Part shown: positions 55,076 to 64,000 of the stretch, in pieces
How the letters are laid out: every line of letters starts with the position of its first letter
Numbering within the stretch: the stretch's first letter is position 1
Assembly: GCA_965215865.1 (NCBI GenBank)
Contig: OZ244125.1
Location: 2,525,093-2,589,092 of the forward strand
Reading direction: 5' to 3'
Source: Balneola sp.
Lineage (GTDB): Bacteria; Bacteroidota; Rhodothermia; Balneolales; Balneolaceae
Length of the DNA: 64,000 bases
Notes under the pieces: model-generated
What the model saw: only the letters and a program-made list of their open reading frames with translations
Database searches by the model: none
What the model was told of the DNA's origin: nothing
Program-made: the position numbers and the translations under genes

Positions 55076-58000
55076 CTACTTAATAAGTGTCATTCTTTTT
55101 GAATCCACGTATTTACCGGCTACAATTCTGTAGAAATAGATACCTGAAGCGAGGTTACTGGCATCAAAGCTGACCTGATGATATCCAGCGTTTTTTGTCT
55201 CATTATCAATCAACGTTGCTACTCTACGACCAAGCAGATCAAACACCTCTAATCGTACTTCTCCACTTTGTGGAATACCAAAACGTATTACCGTAGAAGG
55301 ATTGAACGGATTAGGATAATTTTGATTTAATTCCGCTGAAACAGGCAGCTCGGAGACCAAATCTTCCACACTCACATTCAGTGGACTTACATCTACTGTT
55401 AATGTATCCAAAGACACAATATTCTCGTTATTAGCCACTTGAATCGCTACAAAGAAAGTGTCTGCGTATGCCGGAGCTGTGATGGAAAGTTCACCATTGG
55501 TTCCATCGAAGGCAAATACTTGAGCCGAATCGGATTGGAGAGCAAACTTGAATTCCAGCTCGTTATCAGGAGTGGCAATATCGCTTACGTAATCCCACAG
55601 ATTAAGAATTCGTGTTTCCTCAGTTTTAATTTTGAACGGTTTTGGTAAGTCAGAGAAAACAGGTTCATCATCTACGCCTTCTTCCCCGCCCCAGGCTACT
55701 ACCATGTTATTGGCCGCACGTAGGGTTTTCATGGCAGTTGCACCTTCGTTGTTTAGTTCAATATTACCAATACTAATACTTACCCCATCCTGAAGGTCTC
55801 GTTTCGACCATTCCACAAACATCTTGCTTGCTGTGGCAGATGTCATCCCCGAACCTACTAAGAATCCGGCGATAGAATCGGGCGTGGTAGCTACAATGCC
55901 GCTTTTTTGAGCTTGGGAGTTTTCATAGTTTGAATGATAGGCTATCCTATTGTCCATTCTTGATGTAGTTAGTTCATCAATATCTCTTTGGTTTATGTTC
56001 GCTGAGTTGGTTTTTGTTTTGACTGCCGCCTCTGAAGTGTCCGGTCCCACATCAAAGTATTGGACATTGGAAACATCCCAAGAGCTGATATCCTGGTTGA
56101 AAGACTCCGCTCCTTGGAACATGCTCGCCATGTTGGTTACCTGAGAAACATCCCAGTCTCCAATCATTTGAATTGATGAAGAATTCGAAACTACTTTTGC
56201 AGCTACTTCATCACAGTCATAAGCTTTTGCGGGAAAACCAAAATTGAAACAACTCGCACCCAAAGCCCAGCTTGCCATTTTAGGACCATTACTTAAATCC
56301 CATAATAAGAATTGATTGAATTTTCTTGTGTGAGCAAACATTCCTGACATATCAGTTACTGATGATACATCCCAATCACTTAAAGGCTGATTGAAGCTCC
56401 TTGCATGTATAAACATACTTGACATATTAGTAACTGATGAAACAGATTCACCCCACCCATTAAGAGACTCATTGAAGCTTTCGGTTAGACGAAACATGTA
56501 AGACATATCCTTTACAGAAATAACCTTCCAATTATCCAGCGGCTGATTAAATCTCCTGGCACCATTAAACATATGGGACATATCTGTAACCGATGAAACA
56601 TCCCAATCATTTAATGACTGATTAAATGATTCAGTAGCAGCAAACATGTATGACATATTTGTCACCATTGAAACATCCCAATTATCCAGCGGCTGATTGA
56701 AGCTTCTGGCATCAAAAAACATATGAGACATATCTGTAACCGATGAAACAATTTCACCCCATTTATCAAGAGGCTGATTGAAACCAAATGCGTAATTAAA
56801 CATGTATGACATATTATTCACTGAAGATACATTCCAGCTATTAAGAGGTTGGTTGAAAACCCAGGCACTACGGAACATATAGGACATATCTGTTACCATT
56901 GATACATTCCAATCATTTATGGTCTGATTGAATTTCCTGGCATCATTAAACATACGAGACATACTGGTAACTGATGAAACATCCCAATGCTCTATAGATT
57001 GATTAAAAGATCTCCTTCCGGCAAACAAAGAATTCATATTAGTAATACCTGTTGTAACCGTTCGGGAAATTTCAGAATTATTTTCGTTTATGTTAAGTAA
57101 AGAAATGATTTGATCTCTATCACGTAAAGTAAATATCACTTCTTCTGCATTACCATCTCCATCCAAATCGTAGTTTAGCACATCACTTATCCCTACCTTT
57201 GTGTAAGGATAAGCTTTAATTGTTACTCCATTATCTGCGATATAAAATGCTGGAGGATCGTAAGTAACTGTATCTGTAGCAGATATTAATTCTGTTTCAT
57301 CCCGATCTACAAAAGAAGCTTTTATAACGAAACGAAGCCCAGCTGGATTTTCAGACTTTAAGTTGTCTAAGTTCAAGACATAACTAGAACTCTCTGAACT
57401 GAAAACCGGTGAATTAAACCCTGATACTGAATCAGCGGAACCATCAACAGTTGCACTCCAAACTATATTAAAGTTATCACTATTTGCAGGTTCATTTTCG
57501 TACATCAAGTTTAGATTAATACTATCTACACTCGCATCAAATACTTCATTTGAAGCATCTAATGTTAGTTCACCTAAAATTAACCCGCCATCAATAATGG
57601 TAAACCCTTTATCCAATAATTTATATCTACTTTCAAGACTTAAAAGAGAATATTGTGTGTTATCAACATCAAGAGTCAATAACTTATCTTGAAAATTCAG
57701 TTCTGACCAACCTATCAATAATGAGTCATAATTTTGCTGTGATAGATTAGTCCCTTTCAAGAAACCAAATGGTGGGTCTGATAATATTTCTACGGATGTA
57801 ATGTCCCAGTCGCCCAGATTTTGATTAAACTCGGATGCATTATGGAACATCCCTCCCATATCGGTCACCTGACTCACATCCCAAGTAGACAGATCCTGAT
57901 TGAAGGAACTTGCTTCACGGAACATTCTAGTCATATTAGTCACTTTACTTACATCCCAATCAGATATATCTGCATCGAAAGAACTTGCCTTATTGAACAT

Positions 58001-61000
58001 ACTTTGCATGTTGGTAGCATTACTCACATCCCAAGAAGATATATCAGAATTGAAGGAAGTTGCATCAAAGAACATCGCTTCCATTTCCTCCACATTCGAT
58101 ACATCCCATTCACTTAGATCTCCATTAAATTTAGGAGTCCTGAAAAACATCCCCCTCACATCTGTAACTTTACTCAGGTCGGGTGAATCCGTAGCATTGT
58201 ATTCCAAATTCGTAGCCCAAGCAAACATGAGGGTCATATCTTCCCATTCTATTGGTCCCCAACTATCCATTGAAACTAACTGATCTAAGTCTCCTTCATT
58301 AGCAGAGTACATGTGAGGAAAAGTTCCTTGTATTATAACTGTGTATGTATCAGCTATTGCATAGGTATGAGATGGATCGGGATCGTCTCCTGAAAATGAT
58401 TCCTGAGTCCCATCACCCCAATCAATGATGAAATCAAAGTCTGTAATTTCTGCTCCTCCACCTGTTGGAATGGTTACGGTTTCATTGGCAGAGGTTGTTC
58501 GCCAGCGAGTAGTAAATTCATTAGCTGAGCCACCATCCGTAATGGTCCAACCAAGATCAGTAAGAGAATTATAGCTGTTGGTTGAAATTATAGAACGAAC
58601 TGAATTACCAAAAGAAACCTCAATATCACTACTGGCGATTACCTTTTCAGCCCAACCAATAAGCGTTGAATCATATTTTGAGGTAGATAAACCAGCTTCC
58701 AGCATAAAGCCAACGTCTATAGGTGCCGTTATTACCCCAAAAGGGCCATTATAATCAAAGATTTCTACATTACGGATGTCCCAGTTGCCTAAACTCTGAT
58801 CGAATGCCGTTGTACTTGCAAACATGCCTCCCATATTGGTCACTGAACTTACATCCCATCCCGAAATATCCTGATTAAAATCTTTGGCTCCTGCAAACAT
58901 CAGCTCCATGTTTGTTACAGAAGAAACGTCCCAATCGGAAATATCTGAATTAAATGAAGACTGATTGCTTAAGGAGAAAAACATATTTTCCATATTACTT
59001 ACAGAAGAAAGATCAGGAGTATCCAGGTTTCTTAACTCCAGGCTGTCAGCCCCGGCAAACATAGAAGCCATGCTTTCCCACTGAATTTCGCCCCACAACA
59101 CCACACTTCTAATACTTGCTATAGTAGCGCCATCTGCACTAGCATTCATCTCAGGAAAAACGCCCGCTATTCTGATGTTTTTGGCACCAAATTCGGTATA
59201 TGTATGAGATATAATCGGTGCATCGCCGGTAAATTTTTCTACCGTTCCATCTCCCCAATCAATAGTGAAATCAAAATCAGAAATTTGATCTCCTCCTATA
59301 GCTCCAAGTTGAATTGTTGGTTTCTCTGAAGTTACTTCCCAGATAGAGATGAACATATTGTATCGTCCACCATCGGTCAGTGTCCAACCTTTAAATCCAG
59401 TTAGATTACCATGAGCTGCGGAAGCGGGGCCATATTTTGCAGTGCCTACATTCAACGAAAGATTTTCAGGTAGGTTTGCTAACTGATTCCATTTATGAAG
59501 GAGCATGTCATAGTTCTGTTGAGAAAAACTGGTTCCCTGCAGGAAACCAAAATTACCATTATCCAAACGGGCCGCGCTTGAAATATCCCAATCGCTTATA
59601 TCTTGATCAAAAGAAGCAGCATTCAAAAACATTGCCCCAAAATCGGTTACCTGGCTTACATCCCAATTTGCTAAAGGCTGATTGAAGGAAACCGCATTAG
59701 CAAACATTCCGAACATATTTGTTGCCGACCCGGTTTTCCAAGTAGATACATCACCATTAAAAGAATCGGTATCCTGAAACAATCCTCTCATATTTGATAC
59801 GGATGAAACATTCCAGTTGCTCAATTCCTGATTAAAAGCATCTGCGTTTTGGAACATCTCCCGCATATTAGTCACCTTGCTGACATCCCATGTTGAAATA
59901 TCTCCATTGAATATTGTAGCACCATCAAACATAAAGCTCATGTCGGTTACAGTAGATGTATTCCATCTGCTGAAATCTCCATTTAGCTTTTCTGCCGCAA
60001 AGAACATTCCTGCTGTTGAAGTTACCTTCGAAAGATCAGGTACATCTGTAGCTTTGTACTCCATATTGCGCGCCCAGGCAAACGAATTATTCATACTTTC
60101 CCACTCAATATTTCCCCATTGCTCAATAGAAGATAATTGATTCAGATCTCCGTCTGCATTTGGTTTCAGATAAGGGAATGCACCTTCAATCTGAACAGTG
60201 TGAGTGCCCGCTGTTGCGTAGGTATGAGAAGGATCAGGATCATCTCCGGTAATGCGTTCAACCGAACCATCACCCCAATCGACGATAAACTCAAAATCAG
60301 AAATTTCTGCTCCACCACTTGTAGGTATGGTTACAGTTTTATCTGTAGAAGTTGTAGTCCATGTAGTGATAAATGCATTGGCAGGATCTACCGAAAGAAC
60401 TTCGTTGACGGTGACTTCGAAGCTATTATTCACTGAAAATTCACCGTCAGTGGCTGTTACTGTGATCGTTGCAGTTCCAAATTCCTTAAATGATAGTATA
60501 AGATTTGATTCACCACTGGCTATAGCTACCACCGATGACGGATTACTACTCAATACCGAATAGGTTAATGTTGAATTTCCATCCGGATCAGAAAATACTC
60601 CACTAAGGTCTATGGTTGTATTCGGGTCTGTCTCATCCACAACAAGATCACTTAATGGATTAATTAATACAGGAATTTCATTTTCATTAGTCACTGTAAT
60701 GGTCAATAAAATAGTTGCTGTATTGAATATATCCTTGCCATCATCGGCCTGAACCGTTACTTCATATTTATTATTTCCATCTTGATCAGCAGGATTATCA
60801 TAATCAGGAGAGACTTTAAATGTCAGATTTCCCGTAGAAGAATCAATATTAAATAAATCAGCATCCGCTCCACCAGAAATGGAGTATGCCAAGCCAATAT
60901 CGGTTGCTCCACCATCTCCATCATTCGCATTTACATCTATAACACTTTCTGTACTGCCTTCAGTGAACAAAGCTGTGCTAGGTGTTCCTGGTTCCAAACC

Positions 61001-64000
61001 ATATACAGTTGCACCCGTAGCATTACCTCCTGATACAAATAATCTTGTACCCTCATTATTGAAGGTAAAACTGTTAGATGAACCAATATCTAACGCTTCA
61101 TCAAAACCTGAGTGCGTCACAGTTGCCAAATCAAAAGGCTCTTCCATTTTAAACTCTTCAATTGTTCCTGATGAACCGAGAACTAATAATTTTTTTCCAT
61201 CTGCGCTAAAGTCTATACTTTTGGGATATTGAAGGAATGGATCTGTATATAGATATTGGCGGTTAGCACTAGCTGTAGATAGAACGAAGGGTGTATTTAA
61301 TGAATAGCTTGCAATTCGTATGTTTTGTGATTCTAAAATAAACATGCTTTTACCATCCCTGCTAAAATGTACATCGATGGGGAATAAATCATTCATTATT
61401 CTTCTTGTGCCTGTAAAACTGGATGTCGATATGTCGAAAGGAATACTCAACTGATATTCTACTAATCCCGGAATGGCTCCTTCCCAACCCTCCACTTCTA
61501 CATCCTTAGTACTTGAACCTATTACATACATTTTCGAGCCATCTTTACTGAACGTAAAGCCGTTTGGTGCAGTTTCTTCTGAGTGAACGGAAAAATCTTT
61601 ACTAAAAATGGCTGTAGAAAAATCGAAAGGAGTACTCAGGTTGTACTCTTCAATATTAAGTACACTTGGATCACCATTAAGAATGAACAACTTTGTACCG
61701 TCATTATTGAAAGCAAAGTCCGTCTTTAAATCGATACCTTCAACAGTGTTAGTTTGTATAGCTGTAGACAGATCATAAGTTTCAATGAATACTGGTGGGT
61801 GGTTTGCCTCATTCACATTAACAACAAAACTATCTTCTACACTTAACTCACCATCACTGACTTTAACCGTAATATTGGCTACTCCGAACTGGTCAGTTTG
61901 GTAATTAAGAGTTAGTGCAGAATCACTAATTGTTGCTGTTACCAAAGTAGGGTTGTCATTTACTTCTACCGTGTAGATTAGTGAACCCGAAGCAGTCTCC
62001 ACATCGTTAAAGTTGGTGCTTAGATCTATGACGGTGTTTGCTGCATTTTCATCCACAGTTACATCGGCTATAGGTGTACTAAGAATTGGGCTTTCATTTA
62101 CATTAATAACCGTAATTTCCAGAGTGACATTAGAGGTATTATTTTCAGGTCGACCATCATCAGCAGTAATGGTCACTTTATAGATACCATCTGTGTTTGC
62201 ATCGGTAGGATTTTCGAAGTCGGGCGAATTAGAAAATGTTAGCTCACCGGTTGACGAATCGAGTAAGAAATCTCCGGCATCCTCACCACCTGTAATGCTA
62301 TACGTGATTCCAAAATCCGCTACTCCGCCATCTCCATTGGTTGCATTAAGATCAATCACTGACTCAGTTGCATTCTCTGTGAAATCAACAGATGTTGATG
62401 TTAAGGCAAAATCCGGAGGTGTATTCACTTCATTCACTGTAACCATAAATGAATCCTCTACGGATAGCTCCCCATCACTTGCAGTTACTGTAATGTTTGT
62501 AGTTCCAAATTTGTTTTGTTGAGGAAATAAGCGCAGCGTATCTGTATTGAATAACCCTATTACAAGGGTTGGATCATCTATTGCTGTAACTGAATAAGAC
62601 AATAATTCTGAGGTAGTTTCAAGGTCTTTGAAATTTGGACTTACAATTATCTTGTATTCCCTAGAATTTTCATCAACTACCACATCGGCAATAGGGGTAC
62701 TTACTGTTGGGGCTGTATTAAATATACCGGCATCGCTAATGATCCAATTATTCGGATCGCTCGTTAATTTTGTACGGGCTGCTGAAGCCGCCGCAGTGTA
62801 TTTCACATTACCAACACCTAATCTCATATTGCGTTCCACACTTGGTAAAGCTGCCCAGCCAATAAGTAAAGAATCATAATTAGGTGTGGTGAGTCCGGAA
62901 TTACCCAAAAAACTATAGAAAGCGTCAGTATCTTCGAAACTTTGCACCTTCGAAATATCCCAATCACCCAAATTCTGGTCAAAAGATACTGCCCCATTAA
63001 ACATTCCAATCATATTAACAACGTTTGAAACATCCCACTGGCTTAGATCCTGATTAAAAGAAGTAGCTTCTTGAAACATATTTTCCATGTTTAAAACAGA
63101 CGATACGTTCCAACTGCTTATATCCTGATTGAATGCAGTTGCGTGGCTAAACATCAAAGACATGTTTGACACCTTAGAAGTTTTTTCACCCCAGTTATTA
63201 ATATCCTGATTAAATGCAGTTGCTCCTGAAAACATCACATTCATGTATTCAACTGAAGACACGTCCCAGTTTCCAATGGGTTGATTGAATGCCGAAGTAG
63301 ATGCAAACATAGCATCCATATATATCACTGAAGATACATTCCAACTACTAATGTCTTGGTTAAATAAGGTTGCACTATTAAACATAGCTCCCATATTTGT
63401 AACAGCACCAACATTCCAACTACTTAAATCTTGGTTGAATATCTGCGCATTAAAAAACATGGCATACATATTTGTAACAGAACTCACATCCCAGTTACTT
63501 ATGTACTGATTGAATGTATGAGCATTGTTAAACATCTTCTCCATGTTAACTACCTGAGACACATCCCAGCTTGAAATATCTTGATCGAAGTTTGATTTTC
63601 CATCAAATAAATAGCTCATATCGGTTATTCCACTAGTACAAGTAGAAGCCGCATTGTCTGTAGTAATTTGATCTTTTGATCGTTTGGTATAAGCGATTCC
63701 ATTAACAACTCCTGTATCCCCGACTTCAGCATCAGAACAGGTGATCGTTACTCCGTTATTAGCAAGCAAGAATACACTGGCCACTTCTATCCAATCGCTG
63801 GAAGCCGCGGCTCCGAATTCACGCCCGTCATTCGGTGTAATTTCTACCTTTACAAACTTACCCGCTTGGTCTGAAGTTGGGGTAAAAGTGTTAGCCGTAG
63901 AGTCAGTGATGGCTGTTGCGTTAGTTCCACTTGCATCATCCGCAACATTCCACTGGAAGCTACTGCCTGATTCGGCATCTCCATCGGCGTCAGTAAAGGT
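55076..64000 (-). CDS. Giant T9SS-secreted surface protein (DUF285/BspA-type repeats, cadherin-like domains, propeller-like repeats); the 5' end lies outside the window
   Basis: My own translation of 63785-64000 in the same frame has no stop (…FQWNVADDASGTNATAITDSTANTFTPTSDQAGKFVKVEITPNDGREFGAAASSDWIEV-ASVFLL…), so the GTG at 63784 is probably internal. There are about 35-40 copies of the ~25-aa FNQDIS.WDVS.V.NM..MF repeat. Cadherin-type segments carry Y.ITGG.DA..F..D..TG.L.F...PDFE.P.D. The C-terminus LNQNYPNPFNPST..I.F...G.V.L.V.D..GR.V...........G.H...FDAS.L.SG.YFY matches the Por/T9SS sorting domain (55079-55342). Confidence 0.92.
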   Translation of the reverse strand, partial: TFTDADGDAESGSSFQWNVADDASGTNATAITDSTANTFTPTSDQAGKFVKVEITPNDGREFGAAASSDWIEVASVFLLANNGVTITCSDAEVGDTGVVNGIAYTKRSKDQITTDNAASTCTSGITDMSYLFDGKSNFDQDISSWDVSQVVNMEKMFNNAHTFNQYISNWDVSSVTNMYAMFFNAQIFNQDLSSWNVGAVTNMGAMFNSATLFNQDISSWNVSSVIYMDAMFASTSAFNQPIGNWDVSSVEYMNVMFSGATAFNQDINNWGEKTSKVSNMSLMFSHATAFNQDISSWNVSSVLNMENMFQEATSFNQDLSQWDVSNVVNMIGMFNGAVSFDQNLGDWDISKVQSFEDTDAFYSFLGNSGLTTPNYDSLLIGWAALPSVERNMRLGVGNVKYTAAASAARTKLTSDPNNWIISDAGIFNTAPTVSTPIADVVVDENSREYKIIVSPNFKDLETTSELLSYSVTAIDDPTLVIGLFNTDTLRLFPQQNKFGTTNITVTASDGELSVEDSFMVTVNEVNTPPDFALTSTSVDFTENATESVIDLNATNGDGGVADFGITYSITGGEDAGDFLLDSSTGELTFSNSPDFENPTDANTDGIYKVTITADDGRPENNTSNVTLEITVINVNESPILSTPIADVTVDENAANTVIDLSTNFNDVETASGSLIYTVEVNDNPTLVTATISDSALTLNYQTDQFGVANITVKVSDGELSVEDSFVVNVNEANHPPVFIETYDLSTAIQTNTVEGIDLKTDFAFNNDGTKLFILNGDPSVLNIEEYNLSTPFDFSTAIFSKDFSVHSEETAPNGFTFSKDGSKMYVIGSSTKDVEVEGWEGAIPGLVEYQLSIPFDISTSSFTGTRRIMNDLFPIDVHFSRDGKSMFILESQNIRIASYSLNTPFVLSTASANRQYLYTDPFLQYPKSIDFSADGKKLLVLGSSGTIEEFKMEEPFDLATVTHSGFDEALDIGSSNSFTFNNEGTRLFVSGGNATGATVYGLEPGTPSTALFTEGSTESVIDVNANDGDGGATDIGLAYSISGGADADLFNIDSSTGNLTFKVSPDYDNPADQDGNNKYEVTVQADDGKDIFNTATILLTITVTNENEIPVLINPLSDLVVDETDPNTTIDLSGVFSDPDGNSTLTYSVLSSNPSSVVAIASGESNLILSFKEFGTATITVTATDGEFSVNNSFEVTVNEVLSVDPANAFITTWTTTSTDKTVTIPTSGGAEISDFEFIVDWGDGSVERITGDDPDPSHTYATAGTHTVQIEGAFPYLKPNADGDLNQLSSIEQWGNIEWESMNNSFAWARNMEYKATDVPDLSKVTSTAGMFFAAEKLNGDFSRWNTSTVTDMSFMFDGATIFNGDISTWDVSKVTNMREMFQNADAFNQELSNWNVSSVSNMRGLFQDTDSFNGDVSTWKTGSATNMFGMFANAVSFNQPLANWDVSQVTDFGAMFLNAASFDQDISDWDISSAARLDNGNFGFLQGTSFSQQNYDMLLHKWNQLANLPENLSLNVGTAKYGPASAAHGNLTGFKGWTLTDGGRYNMFISIWEVTSEKPTIQLGAIGGDQISDFDFTIDWGDGTVEKFTGDAPIISHTYTEFGAKNIRIAGVFPEMNASADGATIASIRSVVLWGEIQWESMASMFAGADSLELRNLDTPDLSSVSNMENMFFSLSNQSSFNSDISDWDVSSVTNMELMFAGAKDFNQDISGWDVSSVTNMGGMFASTTAFDQSLGNWDIRNVEIFDYNGPFGVITAPIDVGFMLEAGLSTSKYDSTLIGWAEKVIASSDIEVSFGNSVRSIISTNSYNSLTDLGWTITDGGSANEFTTRWRTTSANETVTIPTGGGAEITDFDFIIDWGDGTQESFSGDDPDPSHTYAIADTYTVIIQGTFPHMYSANEGDLDQLVSMDSWGPIEWEDMTLMFAWATNLEYNATDSPDLSKVTDVRGMFFRTPKFNGDLSEWDVSNVEEMEAMFFDATSFNSDISSWDVSNATNMQSMFNKASSFDADISDWDVSKVTNMTRMFREASSFNQDLSTWDVSQVTDMGGMFHNASEFNQNLGDWDITSVEILSDPPFGFLKGTNLSQQNYDSLLIGWSELNFQDKLLTLDVDNTQYSLLSLESRYKLLDKGFTIIDGGLILGELTLDASNEVFDASVDSINLNLMYENEPANSDNFNIVWSATVDGSADSVSGFNSPVFSSESSSYVLNLDNLKSENPAGLRFVIKASFVDRDETELISATDTVTYDPPAFYIADNGVTIKAYPYTKVGISDVLNYDLDGDGNAEEVIFTLRDRDQIISLLNINENNSEISRTVTTGITNMNSLFAGRRSFNQSIEHWDVSSVTSMSRMFNDARKFNQTINDWNVSMVTDMSYMFRSAWVFNQPLNSWNVSSVNNMSYMFNYAFGFNQPLDKWGEIVSSVTDMSHMFFDARSFNQPLDNWDVSMVTNMSYMFAATESFNQSLNDWDVSSVTDMSHMFNGARRFNQPLDNWKVISVKDMSYMFRLTESFNESLNGWGESVSSVTNMSSMFIHARSFNQPLSDWDVSSVTDMSGMFAHTRKFNQFLLWDLSNGPKMASWALGASCFNFGFPAKAYDCDEVAAKVVSNSSSIQMIGDWDVSQVTNMASMFQGAESFNQDISSWDVSNVQYFDVGPDTSEAAVKTKTNSANINQRDIDELTTSRMDNRIAYHSNYENSQAQKSGIVATTPDSIAGFLVGSGMTSATASKMFVEWSKRDLQDGVSISIGNIELNNEGATAMKTLRAANNMVVAWGGEEGVDDEPVFSDLPKPFKIKTEETRILNLWDYVSDIATPDNELEFKFALQSDSAQVFAFDGTNGELSITAPAYADTFFVAIQVANNENIVSLDTLTVDVSPLNVSVEDLVSELPVSAELNQNYPNPFNPSTVIRFGIPQSGEVRLEVFDLLGRRVATLIDNETKNAGYHQVSFDASNLASGIYFYRIVAGKYVDSKRMTLIK

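Noticed and set aside
57821-58283. Plus-strand ORFs of 98 and 127 aa, and similar ones at 55439-55648, 55950-56144, 59437-59685, 59877-60563, 60879-61232, 62193-62522, 62628-62879 and 63285-63509
   Set aside because: All lie antisense to the giant repeat protein gene. Their periodic H/I/S-rich sequences simply mirror the DUF285 repeat codons.
55076-63784. Regular ~75-bp periodic DNA repeats that could superficially resemble a CRISPR array
   Set aside because: The periodicity is the coding DUF285 repeat within one continuous ORF. There are no invariant direct repeats with unique spacers and no cas genes.
1-64000. Prophage, integrative element or insertion sequence
   Set aside because: No integrase, transposase, recombinase or phage structural gene was recognised in any frame. 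The repeats present are short, non-autonomous REP/MITE-like elements.

Overview
About 40% GC bacterial chromosomal segment. The gene content looks Bacteroidota/Balneolota-like: a T9SS C-terminal sorting domain, a CarboxypepD_reg-type TonB receptor with a FecR/ECF pair, a 23S-IVS four-helix-bundle gene, and very abundant REP-like hairpin repeats. This lineage call is inference only. No rRNA, tRNA, CRISPR array, transposase or integrase was recognised.

Layout by coordinate:
(1) 1-4.1 kb is a repeat-rich accessory patch. It holds the end of a 30-aa tandem-repeat protein, a DNPH1/Rcl-like hydrolase, a metal-binding-domain/alpha-beta-hydrolase fusion, a DUF559 gene, and 3-4 copies of a ~200-bp dispersed element.
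(2) 4.2-9.7 kb holds an MsbA-type ABC exporter, an NfeD gene followed by two SPFH/stomatin paralogs, and an M23 peptidase.
(3) 9.7-15 kb holds an ECF sigma factor, a lipoprotein, a FecR anti-sigma factor and an STN-type TonB-dependent receptor.
(4) 15-35 kb is the most system-like block. An NtrB/NtrC-type sigma54 two-component pair sits divergent from a MacA-like adaptor, two LolD/MacB-type ATPases and five ~800-aa double-FtsX permeases. The block also contains a small coupled ORF, a beta-lactamase-family hydrolase and an antisense four-helix-bundle cassette. A candidate sigma54 promoter and a palindromic upstream site lie in the divergent region.
(5) 35-43 kb holds a methyltransferase, mtgA, a 690-bp structured non-coding gap, rmuC, NDH-2, a hydrolase, a DsrE-like gene and a DUF3095-like gene.
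(6) 43-47.6 kb holds a variant System I cytochrome c maturation operon (ccmC-D-E-F) whose CcmE carries CxxxY instead of HxxxY.
(7) 47.8-54.9 kb holds a PH-SHOCT protein, a DPP-IV-type peptidase, an MFS transporter, an M28 peptidase, a eukaryote-like sphingolipid delta4-desaturase homolog and a small zinc-ribbon ORF.
(8) 55-64 kb is a single surface protein gene of more than 2970 codons (DUF285/BspA repeats, cadherin-like domains, propeller-like repeats, T9SS tail). It runs off the right edge of the window.
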